From positions 87,621-151,620 of the forward strand of contig NMRA01000020.1 of assembly GCA_002633005.1 (NCBI GenBank): DNA of 64,000 bases, written 5' to 3'. How positions within the stretch are numbered: the first letter of the stretch is position 1; every line of letters begins with the position of its first letter. A program made the position numbers and the translations under genes. Under the pieces are notes generated by a model. It saw only the letters and a list, made by a program, of their open reading frames with translations, was not told where the DNA came from and made no database searches. Shown one piece after another: positions 1 through 12,194 of this stretch. Source of the DNA: Phoronis australis (Eukaryota; Animalia; Phoronida).

Positions 1-180
1 GCACGTGGCAGTCGCATGCGGTCGACAGACGGTTGACGCAGCGCCCTCTCTGGCCCCTGTTGGCTGACGCTAAGGATGCTCGTTGTCCGCACTAGTGGCG
101 TCTTGTGGCGAGTTTTTGTTCGGATTATGTAGTCGCATTCATATTGTACCACGTCATTGTTCGGATCCCAAGGACGTGAG
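1..180 (-). CDS. OSBPL8: OSBPL8-like exon after the ORD, truncated by window edge: (D)SRPWDPNNDVVQYECDYIIRTKTRHKTPLVR...
   Basis: Acceptor ctattcttag at 181-190 (minus). Phase-2 start completes GA|C from exon 2385-2570. Matches ORP8 'TRPWDPLND...KTKVKHRTP'. Absent from the ORF track. Confidence 0.93.
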
Positions 181-595
181 CTAAGAATAGAACCAATATA
201 TGTAATATGTTCACAGATTTACAAACTTTTGAATTTTCCCGTTCGTTCCGCAAACACTTGTCATGGTTTACCGGACATCAATTACTGTCCTGACATAAAT
301 ATCCATTCTCATATTTCACTACTTACGTCATTTGATTTTTCATATTTCACAGCCGAAGCCAGATGTCCTTGAATGGTTTCTCAGTCCTGTATGTGATTTT
401 TGCGATAAGAGTGATCATGTGCTTCACGTGTAATGCAATGCAATACCTCGCAAAGACTTGGGTAATCTCGCTTTTGTCGCAAGACACCTGCTCTATGTAA
501 CGCAGTCGAGGTCACACAATGGCAAGAAACAACAACAGACAATCATTTGTAGACAAAGGATCATGGAGTGTGGTTGGAAACATATGAATCATCAA

Positions 596-1488
596 GAAAC
601 ACTCATTTTGAGTAGCAAGAGATTTCTATTGTATTTACTTCACCAGACAGTATGAAACACTCACTTTGAGTAGCAAGTGATTTCTATTGTATTCTACTTC
701 ACCAGACAGTATGAAACACTCATTTTGAGTAGCAAGAGATTTCTATTGTATTTACTTCACCAGACAGTATGAAACACTCACTTTGAGTAGCAAGTGATTT
801 CTATTGTATTCTACTTCACCAGACAGTATGAAACACTCATTTTGAGTAGCAAGTGATTTCTATTGTATTCTACTTCACCAGACAGTATGAAACACTCATT
901 TTGAGTAGCAAGTGATTTCTATTGTATTCTACTTCACCAGACAGTATGAAACACTCATTTTGAGTAGCAAGAGATTTCTATTGTATTTACTTCACCAGAC
1001 AGTATGAAACACTCATTTTGAGTAGCAAGTGATTTCTATTGTATTCTACTTCACCAGACAGTATGAAACATTCATTTTGAGTAGCAAGTGATTTCTATTG
1101 TATTCTACTTCACCAGACAGTATGAAACACTCATTTTGAGTAGCAAGAGAATTCTATTGTATTTACTTCACCAGACAGTATGAAACACTCACTTTGAGTA
1201 GCAAGTGATTTCTATTGTATTCTACTTCACCAGACAGTATGAAACACTCATTTTGAGTAGCAAGTGATTTCTATTGTATTCTACTTCACCAGACAGTATG
1301 AAACACTCATTTTGAGTAGCAAGTGATTTCTATAGTATTCTACTTCACCAGACAGTATGAAACACTCCTTTTGAGTAGCAAGTGATTTCTATTGTATTTA
1401 CTTCACCAGACAGTATGAAACACTCATTTTGAGTAGCAAGTGATTTCTATTGTATTTACTTCACCAGACAGTATGAAACACTCATTTT
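596..1488. repeat. Minisatellite, 58-59 bp unit x ~15
   Basis: Unit gaaacactcattttgagtagcaagtgatttctattgtattctacttcaccagacagtat. Confidence 0.98.
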
Positions 1489-1699
1489 CTATCATGAAAT
1501 ACAAGCTTCATATAATTCTCAAATGACAAACTGTTGCCTTCTTTGGAATATTTTTTCTTACTAAAACAACGACACTAAGACTAACATTGATATGCACCCA
1601 CCGTGCACATAGCAAAGTAAATGTAAGAGTGCTAGAGTGAGAAACAGTGAAACGCAACTGTCAAGTTTATTGAAAATCATTCAATACACCATATAGATA

Positions 1700-2345
1700 G
1701 TGAGGCAGGCTCAAAAAACAAAACTGACACCAAAAGGCGGGCGTAGCAGTACTCCGATTCTTATGAAAATCAACGTCAGACATGGTCTCCTCACCAAAAA
1801 CATAGCTGTTAAACTTCACAGCAATCTACCAATACTGACTAGGCAGGCGCAAAAAAAATAAAATTGCCACTTGAGATGTAGTGATATTCGGATATATCCG
1901 AAAATCAATATCAGCCATATTCTTGTCAATGGGAACATATCCCTCAAACTTTCTGACCATTCTCCAAACTGTTTGGCAGACAGAGGCAGATTTCAAAAAC
2001 CAAATAAAAAATACTAACATTGTCACAAGGGGGCAGAGCAGTAGTCGACTCGGCCCCCAAACATGATGGGATGTGTCATCTCCTGCTAAATTTGATAATA
2101 AAGTTCCAGCGACTTGATATATAAACACTAACAGGGAAACTAAAAAACTTAACATTGCCATTAGATGGCACAATACTAGTCAGATCTACCTAAAAGCTGT
2201 TGTTAACTGTTGTCATGTTTATAGGAACACACCAGCCTAATTTCAAGAAGATCCTGCAAGGGGTTCAGGAGAGACAGCTCTGGACTCTAAACGCCAGCAC
2301 GGAAATGATGGAACCCCAGCCCAGACGACTACAATATGTCCAAAT
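1700..2345 (+). mobile_element. Diverged interspersed repeat with internal subunits, related to 59756-60160; possibly Helentron-associated non-autonomous type
   Basis: Shares the block (c)acaagggggcagagcagtagtcgactc with ccaccaggggagcacagcggtagtcgactc near 60116. The motif aaaaa..taacattg recurs at ~2010 and ~2145. Classification is by resemblance only. Confidence 0.35.
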
Positions 2346-2384
2346 ATACGATAGAGGGAGAATAGAAAGCAAGAGAACACTTAC

Positions 2385-2570
2385 TCTGCGTACTTATACA
2401 CCCATTCTCCCGTGACTTTGTCTTGCTCAAACAGGCGTGGCACCCACTCCTGCCCTGTCAGTTTACGCTCCTTGCTGCCACGTCGCTGCTCGTCCTCTAA
2501 GTAGAACTTCTCTTGTGTCGCTCTATCCTGATCACTGGCCCGAAGCGACTCGCTTACGTGAAACCACAGT
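2385..2570 (-). CDS. OSBPL8: OSBPL8-like exon, ORD C-terminus: LWFHVSESLRASDQDRATQEKFYLEDEQR...GEWVYKYA
   Basis: tttctag acceptor, gtaagt donor, phase 2-2, ATQEK..LE..QR motif. Confidence 0.95.
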
Positions 2571-2763
2571 CTAGAAATGTCAACAACAATACCCATGAGT
2601 TCAACACGAAACACACTAGCCAATATCAGATCAAATAGAGCTGAAAGTCTTCGAAACATTTTCACAGTTTCTGTGAAATTCGTATAATTCCGTGAAATGG
2701 CCATAAATTGGAAATTCCCAGTATGGGGGCAAAATACTTGTTGAGTGTTAGTGCTAATCAAAC

Positions 2764-2987
2764 TAAATACCTTTAAGTACTTATGGAATCATCAACAATC
2801 TTGTTTGGTCATATTTCATTAAATACCTTTAAGTACTTATGGAATCATCAACAAACTTGTTTGGTCATATTTCATTAAATACCTTTAAGTACTTATGGAA
2901 TCATCAACAATCTTGTTTGGTCATATTTCATTAAATACCTTTAAGTACTTATGGAATCATCAACAATCTTGTTTGGTCATATTTCAT
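2764..2987. repeat. Minisatellite, 56 bp x 4
   Basis: Unit taaatacctttaagtacttatggaatcatcaacaatcttgtttggtcatatttcat. Confidence 0.98.
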
Positions 2988-3951
2988 TTCTTTTTACCTC
3001 TTCGTAGACAAGGGTGAATTAAGTCATTTGCCACCTTAAGCTCACAAATTTTTACCAAATGACGTCACATTAATTAGTAGTGGCTGGAATGTCAGCCAAT
3101 ACGTCAAGTGAATGCCTTAGTTCATGAGTTTACCGCTAGGTGAAAAATGCAAATGGTGGAGTGATAATCGAATAGAAAAATGTTGAATCTCCAAGTGAGT
3201 ATGGTAAGATCTTTCTTTCAAAGGGCTTGAATTCGTGCAGTTATATTTGCCGTATCATTTCTGCAGATAAATTTCTTCCAGCCATTATAATTTCAATGTG
3301 TGCGGATTAATATTCAACATGCAATTCGAGTGCGATATGAACGACTCTAAATTCTACACTTTCAATGTACGGACTTCCAACCCTGTTTGAATGCACTGTC
3401 GGTTTACTGACGAGAAACATACAAGCTGGCCAATAACATATGAAGTTTCACAACCTGGAAGCAATGCCTCTGACACAAGTACGTTAAACATAATTTAATA
3501 TGCATTCTACATCAAAGTCAGGCACCAGAATTTGCACGTACAAATCTCAGCTGTGGATCGGTCTGGAGCAAAAGCCCTCTTCATGAAACATTGACAGTAA
3601 AGTTATACTTTTACAGGATTTATATCACGAACAATAAGTTGTAAAAAGCTGAGAGTTCGAACGATTCACTTTGTCATTGCTCAAAAGATGGACTTCTGTT
3701 TACTTTAGACGATCCACATTCATAAATTTAGCACAATTAATACTAAAAGGATGCTTATAAAAGTTGACCAGACAGGGTAACAGGTTAGTAGCCGACATCG
3801 TGTGATGCCTTCACACTGCAAACAAACGAGTTATTACCAGGATAAACGAAAAAGTCAAGCAAAGCGGAAACGAGATCGAGTGACAATCTGTAATCGTATC
3901 TGAAAGATCTAAAATTTTGTCTGAATACTCGGGCAATAATTGGCTCCATAC

Positions 3952-4052
3952 TTTTCCGACTCCAAGTTCTCTTGAAACTCAAAAGGCACCGTGTGTCGCT
4001 TTAGACGCTCGGTCTTCAACTGAGGTGTTACTCGCCAGAATGTCTCCATTCT
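3952..4052 (-). CDS. OSBPL8: OSBPL8-like exon: RMETFWRVTPQLKTERLKRHTVPFEFQENLESEK
   Basis: cttgcag acceptor, gtatgg donor, 101 nt, phase 0-2. Aligns by eye to ORP8 'EVFWNPTP...RLIRHTVKFEEQGDFESEK'. Confidence 0.93.
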
Positions 4053-5803
4053 CTGCAAGAAGACAACAGACACTTGGTGGCCATATGCCAGCAGGAAGTC
4101 TCAAAAACTACTGTACTCGTTCAGGTAAATGCCCAGGACAATAAAACTTGGAAACTGAAAAATCGGTGTGGGTATAAATCCTACCGTGGACATTAAAAAA
4201 AATTGAGAAGTTGGGGACGGGTGTTTACCCGAAAGGTTGGTTCTCTCAAAATTTTTGCACACAAGTACAAAAATATTAGAATGTACATTGGCCAAAAGAA
4301 CATTTCTCATCTTCTTCAGCAAAAAGTGAAATTTCACCCATCCCAATATGGCAAGGTGCTGCTGAAATTGAGTGTTGGTCTCCTAAAGGTTAGCATGGGT
4401 GATTAAACGTGAAAATTGGAAATTTCGGAATTTCCATTGAGCCGAACATGGCGTTAATCCAGATGAGTATGGTAATATTCTGTTAAGTCAGATCAAACCA
4501 TCAGCAAGGCATCACAGATCACATACAGTAGTTTTCAAAATAAATTGGACAGACTTGGACAAAGTTCTGTCAGACTTGGACAAGCTTCTTGCCAGCACTA
4601 GTTGGCAGTTAAGTTGAACTTTAGTTGCAGTAATATAGCATTTTTGTTGAAATTTACTAAATATTTAATGAAACCTCTTGCCACTAGGTGCTAATTGTTG
4701 ACTTCAAAAATGATTTGTCATGATTATGATAAAAAGCGCGAACCAATGCTTGTCGAGATTTTGTTGGGATTTAGCAAGGACTGAAGCATGGTTTTTTGCA
4801 CGCCAAATTTTAACAGTGTGCAGTTTATTTTGAAAGCCACTCTAACTTCGTGATACAGCAGGAAGCAAGTCAAATGGGTAAATTCAAACTACAATTAATC
4901 AATACAGCAGTTGCAAATCGATAATTAAGTCACGTCAAATCAGAAAATTCAGACCAGAATTGTTCAACTCAGCAATACAACCACTCAGTAACTTTACTTT
5001 GTCCACAGTCCACTAAACTAGCAGCCTTTGAAACAGAAAGGATATGGTAATGGACTGCCAGAGTTGCATTCCATAAAATTGAGAACCTCGTGAGACACAT
5101 GCGTCAAGAAACTGTTACTTATGAGCTGAAATTGTGATTGAAGTTTCCTTTATTCTTCAACATTCCAGCCTCCTCGACCAATCACTTCAGTTGTGAACAT
5201 TTCACTAGCACACTAGCCTTTGAGACCCACTGTGACATTGAAATATTGACTGATTTAATGAGAAAAGCAAAATCTTGCAAAAAGCTTGTTCTACGCAACG
5301 CACTTCATGTCAATAATAGGACTTAAGTATTCCTTCCGCAGCACACCAGGACCTGGGGGTATAATCTTTTTACTTGAGATTGAATGCAAAATAACTTTTG
5401 GCATTTTCTATAATTCTACTTTTCTGCGAACTCAAAATAAGCCTTTATTATTCTACGCTCGAATACACAATGGCCTAGACAGACAACATTCCAATCCTAG
5501 TTTGCACTGAATGGCCCCACCACTGAGGCTAAAACTTTGAGTCTGTACTCCCAAATTTCAAGTTTTTACTCGAGTCTTAAGCTCGAACCTAGGGGACATC
5601 AAATGTGAACTTGGACTAAAACATCATTTGCATACGCTCAAGCACAGAATAATAGACACGCATCACGAGTTTACAAAAAGTAGAACGGAGAACGCAAAAA
5701 AGATAATTTAGAGTTCGCTTTCGAGTAGAAAGACTAGAACCCTGCCCAAACTGATATCATGCACAGCGGCATGCACCATATATATGGTGCCCGGCCATCT
5801 CAC

Positions 5804-5929
5804 CCCAGTGTCTTTGTCCTTCAGAGTAATTTCCTGGTCCCACTTGCCATCCAGAGTCGCTAGAGTCTCGCCACCTAACTTCAATTTGCCGTGGAACTTG
5901 TTAGTGTGGTCACTGCTACCCATGAATGG
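5804..5929 (-). CDS. OSBPL8: OSBPL8-like exon: PFMGSSDHTNKFHGKLKLGGETLATLDGKWDQEITLKDKDTG
   Basis: tttcag acceptor, gtgaga donor, 126 nt, phase 0-0. Confidence 0.95.
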
Positions 5930-6740
5930 CTGAAACACCCAAGAAATGAATTGAACTTATCAGTAGCCTGGTGGTGGTTGACACATGATGCCATGGGTTC
6001 AAATCAAATGACACAACGAGGTACAGCTACTCTAAAAACAAAGATCTTTGTAACGAGACCCTTTCCCAGTAGAGATTTATTTCAATGAGGAAGAGATATG
6101 AGACCCACTGTGACATTGAAATATATGTCCTATCTATCTGTGCATATTTAACAAGTACCGGGGATTTCTTAAATATCTCCATCCGGAAGTGTGTTTGCGG
6201 CCAAAAAGAGCCTCCAGGGGGTTTTCAGAAAATGCGTTGGGGCCTTTCAGTAACTTGTATTACCACATGTAGCCCTGTCACTCAGGCATGGACTTTTCAT
6301 GCATGCTGTACGAGAAAGGATTCACTTTGTCCCCAACTTGGCTAGAGGTCTGACATCACTCTTGTAAACAAGTTTAAATTAGAAGTATGCTAACTGTTCT
6401 TTGCGAGATAAATAACTAAGAAATATTCACATCTTGCCCAGATCCTCTTCCAAGTACCAGACAAGCAAACAAACAACTTCCAAACGAGGGGCTTTTTAAC
6501 CTTGTTAACAGAAAATCTCCACAGGAGCTCTTTCTTGGTGCCGGATGGTTTGGTAATCCACGGTGCTGAGCCACCTGGCAATTTTTAGAGGAATTAACAC
6601 CACGTGAAGCAACAGTAAGTACAGTGAAATCTCATCAATTCAGAACACAGAGCCACATGTCTTTTCATGCTACGTACTTTAAACTGTATCACATCAGTCC
6701 ACCCGAGAACCACCGCTCAACACCAACACAGTACACACAC

Positions 6741-6937
6741 CTTAAGCTTGAACTCGAGATCGGCCCTATAACCCGTCTTCTCACATTCGATATAGACCTT
6801 GCCACCCAGCTCCATACTCAGGGTACCAATGAGGATGCCTTTACAATGAGCGTAAGGCATCGTAACCACGTAGTCCTCTCCACGAGTCAGAAGGCTCAAA
6901 CGGCCCGAACCATCCATGATGGCTGACAAGGAGTTAC
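6741..6937 (-). CDS. OSBPL8: OSBPL8-like exon: (G)NSLSAIMDG...GEDYVVTMPYAHCKGILIGTLSMELGG...LEFKLK
   Basis: tccgcag acceptor, gtgtgt donor, 197 nt, phase 1-0. Confidence 0.96.
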
Positions 6938-7814
6938 CTGCGGACACAAGAAACAAATAATGGAGAACGACAAGTATTTTTTCAGATAAAAAACCGTAGT
7001 CTGTTGCTTCTCTATGAAAAAATTCCATCCAAACACCGAATCTCTTTAGTCTGGCTTAGTAAGCATGGTACGGTAAAAGCTTACCAATTTCAGACATGAA
7101 TAGAGTAAAGTTTCTGGAAATTCGAACAAAAATAAAGGCCAAAACGTCATTTTTCAAATGCTCACTGTATAGGCATAAAAGCACCTTGTGTTCATTGATG
7201 ACTGCGGTACTATATACAGTTTTCAAATAATCAAGAAAAACTGTCTTGTTGTTTACTCGTGTTGGATATTTTGATTAAATAAAATTTCATTGATCCGCCA
7301 TCATGATACTGCATCTGAATTTCAAGAAGTATTACCATAATGGCCAAAACTACTCATATTCAATTTTCAAGGGCTTCTAACATTGTAGTGTATTGTATCA
7401 CACCAGCTATGGCACATGAATATGCAAAAACATGAAACTGAATTCATTTACTTTGGAGGAAGAATGAGAAAACAAAATTTTACTTGTTTATGTTTACCAC
7501 ATTGAGACTATACTGACAAGATTTTACAATACTTGTTAGTCAGCCAAATGTCAGACTACATGTGAAGCACACAAATTTCCATGTCATCTTTATTGAATCA
7601 AATATTCTATCGAACGCTCAAGCCTGACATGTTTGCTGAAGTGTGCTCAGTGGACTAGAGCTTCTGTACCATTAGCAGAAGGTGCCGAATTCGAGTCCCA
7701 GTTGGGACAGAATTCTTTTCATAATAAGTGATGTGATGTGGCCAACAGGAGGCGTGCAGACCAGACTTAAAAATGCTTGCGTTTTTTGACCATGTGAATT
7801 AGCTGACAACTCAC

Positions 7815-7911
7815 CATAAAATTTTGATTTGGCCAACACAGCGCAGGTTAGGCTGAAGCCATCTTGTCTGTTGGTAACATGGAAGACAGACACTGGAGGA
7901 TGATGGGATAG
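7815..7911 (-). CDS. OSBPL8: OSBPL8-like exon with OSBP fingerprint: LSHHPPVSVFHVTNRQDGFSLTCAVLAKSKFY
   Basis: cttctag acceptor, gtgagt donor, 97 nt, phase 0-1, SHHPP signature. Confidence 0.96.
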
Positions 7912-8417
7912 CTAGAAGCACAACAACATGTGGTTCAATTTCAAAATTAAAATCAAAGCCATAGCACAAACACGATTACCACCGAAACATGAGGACAAAT
8001 TGGCAAATACCATGTTGCCTTGGTTACCGAAATAACCAAACTGGACACTAAAATAAGCAAACACGAACAAGACTCCTGTGTTATTTTGCTTTTTAAAATG
8101 TTACTTCAAACAGCTAGTCACTGATTGAAGGTAATGAAAATTCAGATATGGTAAAGAAAAATTGTTTCACAAACTTCAGACCCCCTAGCAGGTGTGAGTT
8201 GGCCCTGTTATTTTTACACATCTGTGCTCCCCTCGAATTCACCGACATTAAACTCTACCACAGGGGAGATAATTGGGCCATCAGAAGCATAACAAATAGG
8301 ACAAAATATCGTAGAACTGATGCAAGAAACTGAGCAAATGCACTGCTGTTTTTCTCATAATGGAGGAGACACATATCGTGTCGGGATTCACGCCAAATGG
8401 TCTCCAAGGCCTCCTAC

Positions 8418-8598
8418 CTGCTCAGCAATGTAGAACGTGCGACTGTTAGTCTTGGGATGTTTCCAATAGCAACGGAATGTCTCGCCCAAGATGGGATTGT
8501 ACGGCTTCTTCAGACCCTTAGGCTTCTTGTAAAAACCTGAGACGTACCACTTGACGATCAATTTCAACCGACTGTATGGGTCATCCTGCATCACGGCT
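8418..8598 (-). CDS. OSBPL8: OSBPL8-like exon: AVMQDDPYSRLKLIVKWYVSGFYKKPKGLKKPYNPILGETFRCYW...FYIAEQ
   Basis: ttccacag acceptor, gtagga donor, 181 nt, phase 2-0. Confidence 0.96.
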
Positions 8599-9585
8599 CT
8601 GTGGAAGTAACATAGTATATAAAGTTATTGACTGACAGTTAAAGTGACACAAGAATTTTATGTACTTGAGATCAGCCTCAAGATGTATTCAAAGCCACAA
8701 CTTCAACAATCACAGCCCAATTCTTCGTTAGCTTTGTTAAAAGCTCAAGCAGCCAGTATTTAAGCGTATTTATTTGAGGTCACCAGCCTCGATTTCAGTT
8801 TTACCAAATGACTGGAAGCCATTCCCAGGAACCAGCGACATCATTTCCTGACAGCCTGCTCAAGCAAACACTGTGAGCTGAAAGTGTGTGTGCAGGTCCC
8901 ACCATCTCTGTAATTTAGTATTGACTACTGGTGAACATGTAGTTATAGAAAGACTGTCAATCACACTAAGTTTTGAAAAAAGTCTAAAATTGATTTTTAT
9001 CTGGAGGTGGTATCAGTGATTTGGCCCATACTTGCACCCATATAGATGACACAAAATTGTGAATAAGTGGATGGAATGCAACTTTTAGTTCACTCCAAGA
9101 TTCATGTGTGTAGACTTGAATTAAGTAATCGGCATTAATCACAACAATACCATCTGTAAAAAAAACATGAGACATGGTGAAATTTGAGTACCCGTGCGAA
9201 AAGTCCAGAGGCCATTTTACCAAAGGTTGCAAGTCCCATCGTAGCTGAAATGGTCATAGGCACAATGCAAAGGTGAAGTGTAACACTTCTTACAAGACAA
9301 ACGACCCTACAGATGAAAAGGCACTTATCGGAGTGCCTGTTATTCAATTGAGAAAACTGGTTCTCAAAATGCGGGACTCCTGTAAATGACTATTACCGAT
9401 GAAAATGTAATCTTAGTTCACATGAAAGTTGCAATCACATCTCCATAAGTTACGCTAATGAATTTGTCAATAAAATTTGAGGATAGGCCGTCTTAGTCTA
9501 CAACTGGACACGCGATCTTTGATAAAACATGCACAAGGAATAACTTCTAGTTCCTGAGCAAACTGAACTGTAGCTATGAACTTAC

Positions 9586-9698
9586 TCTGACAGCAGATCA
9601 GCATGATAATAGTAGTTGCTGAACTTCTCCAGCAGTGAGTAGGGCTCTAGGATGAAAGTGGGCAGAACCACTTTGGACAGGTCCATTCCCGGCCGAAC
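9586..9698 (-). CDS. OSBPL8: OSBPL8-like exon: [38 protein letters not shown]
   Basis: cccctag acceptor, gtaagt donor, 113 nt, phase 0-2. Contains the LPTFILE motif of PS-transporting ORPs. Confidence 0.96.
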
Positions 9699-9756
9699 CT
9701 AGGGGGGATTATTTAGAAGGAATATTTCAATGTAACACAGATGAGTCCCTGGCCAT

Positions 9757-9803
9757 AACCACTTTGGATAAGTCCATTCCTGGCCAAACCTAGGGGGATT
9801 ATT
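9757..9803 (-). repeat. Partial duplicate of the acceptor and first ~11 codons of exon 9586-9698
   Basis: aaccactttggataagtccattcctggccaaacctagggggattatt versus aaccactttggacaggtccattcccggccgaacctaggggggattatt. Confidence 0.92.
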
Positions 9804-10403
9804 CAGTGTAACTTTCTTCCTATGAGTAGTTTTCTTCCTGAGTTAGGCGCTGTGATTTGCGAGATTTGCGTTTTCCAATGCGTGATTCGAAGTGCAGTCA
9901 AACAACATTATTTGAGCTTTTATAACTATTTTTACTGTATTTACGGTCATGTAGTCTTATGATAAGTATTTCTGTAGTGTATTAAGATTATATCAAACCC
10001 TCATCTACAAACATCAGTAACTAGTTTTAGTGTGTTATTCTTTCATACGTAGTCACGCTATTTGTATCTGACAAACGTGACAAAATAGTCATTGACAATG
10101 GATTGTACAACTTACAATGTTGAGATTAAGTTAGAATACCATATAAACATAAATCCACCTACGAATGATCTCATCTCTTCGTACAAACAACTACATTCAG
10201 AGTTAAACAGATGGAAAGCAAATCAAAGTTTTGAAATCAATCAATCAAAAGTAGTTGTTGCAGTAACACAATCATAGACCTCATTGTAGAATTGTTATAA
10301 CAATTACAATAAATGATTATTTGAACTCAAAAAAGACTAGCTTAGCGAGATTTTATATTTTGGTATAAAACACTTAGTGTGAGCTGAACTAACTCAAGTT
10401 TAA

Positions 10404-11976
10404 AGGAGAATGCCACCCGATGTAATTAGTCTTTTTACCGTCTTAATCGGTCTACATCCACATCGCCTCTTCAAAGGTCGACCTCACCTTGCTGAGAGGT
10501 GTCGCGTTAACCTGTGAGGAAGGTGAGAAACGACGCAGCGACGTCAGTGGTTCATCTGCAGAGTGAATGCGACTATATTGCAGAGCGTCGTTCCCGCTTA
10601 TCCGAACTATGAAGCTGCGAAGAAACCCGGTATATCAGTTTTTCAACATCCTCGAGAGCCAGAAACGCTTAGGAAGTGGCTCGCGGTAGTGAAGAATAAA
10701 AGGTAAGCTGTTAATAGCAAGTATGAGGCTGTGAAACATTCCATGTTTATGGCCGGCATTTCTTGATCAGTGTATCCTGGTTTGAACTGATTGCCTGTGA
10801 AACCTAACGATCCGACCCGTGAAGTCTTCGTCGGATGGGCTCTTGACTAAGTCGGGATTGGCGCCGGGCGAGTTGCCATGAGACATTTATTATTCTGCGT
10901 TCTGTTTCAAAATGAATTATTCTCACCCTAATCAATGCTTATATAAAACTGAAACAAAGTCTGTCTCATTAGATACAAATTGTAATGCCTTTGCAGTCAG
11001 TATTCGTGAATGCAATTGTTGAGAAGCCAGCAATAAATAAACCACTGCGTTACCGGCTTTTAATGCCAGCAATAAAGGTAATTGACCGAGCACCGAGGCC
11101 GTGTGAGCGCAAGCTAATTCAGTGTTTGATGACAGAAAGCTGTAATTTGTGAAACAATTGCACGATTTTATATGCTATGGTCGCATGTTAGGGGAATCTT
11201 TATTTAGAAATACAAATACATTATTCAAATCATTGATACTGTACAACCATTGCCCTGACAGTCTGTGGAAGGGGAACCCGACTTCGCGGACACCTACAAG
11301 CAAGTAGATTTTCTGTTTCGTGGGTAATTCACATAAATAATTACGTGCACATTATTTCTTTGGCTCACTATTATAGTCTTTTTGTAACTGGAGGTTTAGT
11401 TTCCAACTCAAGCTGATTTATGTTCGTGCCAGTCCCGGCGGGCGCGACGGGCCTGATCGGGTTCCGAGCCACTGGCCGGGATAACAAGCGTTTTGTGTGT
11501 TTAGAACTCAAAAATCACAAGTCCAAACAATACAGATCTAAGTTCTCCTGTCTATATTTCACGGAAGAATACTTCGAATTTATCTGTGAACAGAGCCTAA
11601 ACTCCTGCTACGCAACCTTGGTAAATTGGCCTGCCGAACGTTGTAGGCTACGGTGTGTCCACATACCAATAAATCCGTAAACAGCGAAATAAAACAACAC
11701 GTTTTTATAAGAACTAGTTGCATTTTTAAGGGTTTTGCATCGAAGTGTGAGGATTTTTTGGTGTTAAACGATGACTTCAAGCGATAAGCTGACACCAGTA
11801 ACCTGTGTTGTGAACTGCTGAACAGACTGCGTGTGAAACCAATGACGTCATTGGATAATTTCAACACCTCCGTCTGCCGTCAGGTGTCAGGTAACGCAAC
11901 CGAACATACCGTTATCGAGTAGAACTACTCAATCTAAACTGATACAAAATAGGTTGTTTTTGGGTGGCATTCTCCT
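10404..11976 (+). mobile_element. Kolobok-like non-autonomous DNA transposon with THAP-domain relic
   Basis: ttaa|aggagaatgccaccc ... gggtggcattctcct|ttga: perfect 15-bp TIR, AG...CT termini, TTAA-like TSD. Internal SVVPAYPN...GISVFQHP...LRKWL. Confidence 0.8.
10584..10702 (+). pseudogene. Decayed THAP zinc-finger exon: SVVPAYPNYEAAKKPGISVFQHPREPETLRKWLAVVKNKR
   Basis: Fits THAP pattern CxVPxCxN...S.(F/H).P......W, with both Cys positions one substitution away (AGC, TAT). Ends at an AG|gtaagc donor. Confidence 0.62.
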
Positions 11977-12095
11977 TTGATAAGAATTTCATTCCACGAA
12001 CACAAGTCAACCATATAATTTTTCACTACGCGGTAGCAGAAAATCAGTCATTCTGCCACTATATATAGTTCACAAATTAATCCGTGAATACTCAC

Positions 12096-12167
12096 CTGTT
12101 TCATTAATGACCAGATAATGCTCTTATTTTCATCTGCCACTTCCTCTGTCTGACAATTTGCACCTTG
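12096..12167 (-). CDS. OSBPL8: OSBPL8-like exon: QGANCQTEEVADENKSIIWSLMKQ
   Basis: ttctttccag acceptor, gtgagt donor, 72 nt. Matches ORP8 'QTETVSEENKSLIWTLLKQ'. Confidence 0.94.
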
Positions 12168-12194
12168 CTGGAAAGAAACAAAATGGAATTTCAG

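Noticed and set aside
38-55. Strong CTCF-like motif ggccagagagggcgctgc (minus)
   Set aside because: Lies in coding sequence (GPERAL), so it was not counted as regulatory.
596-1488. CRISPR-like regular repeat array
   Set aside because: Head-to-tail units with no unique spacers, no cas genes, and a eukaryotic intron context. The same applies to the other arrays.
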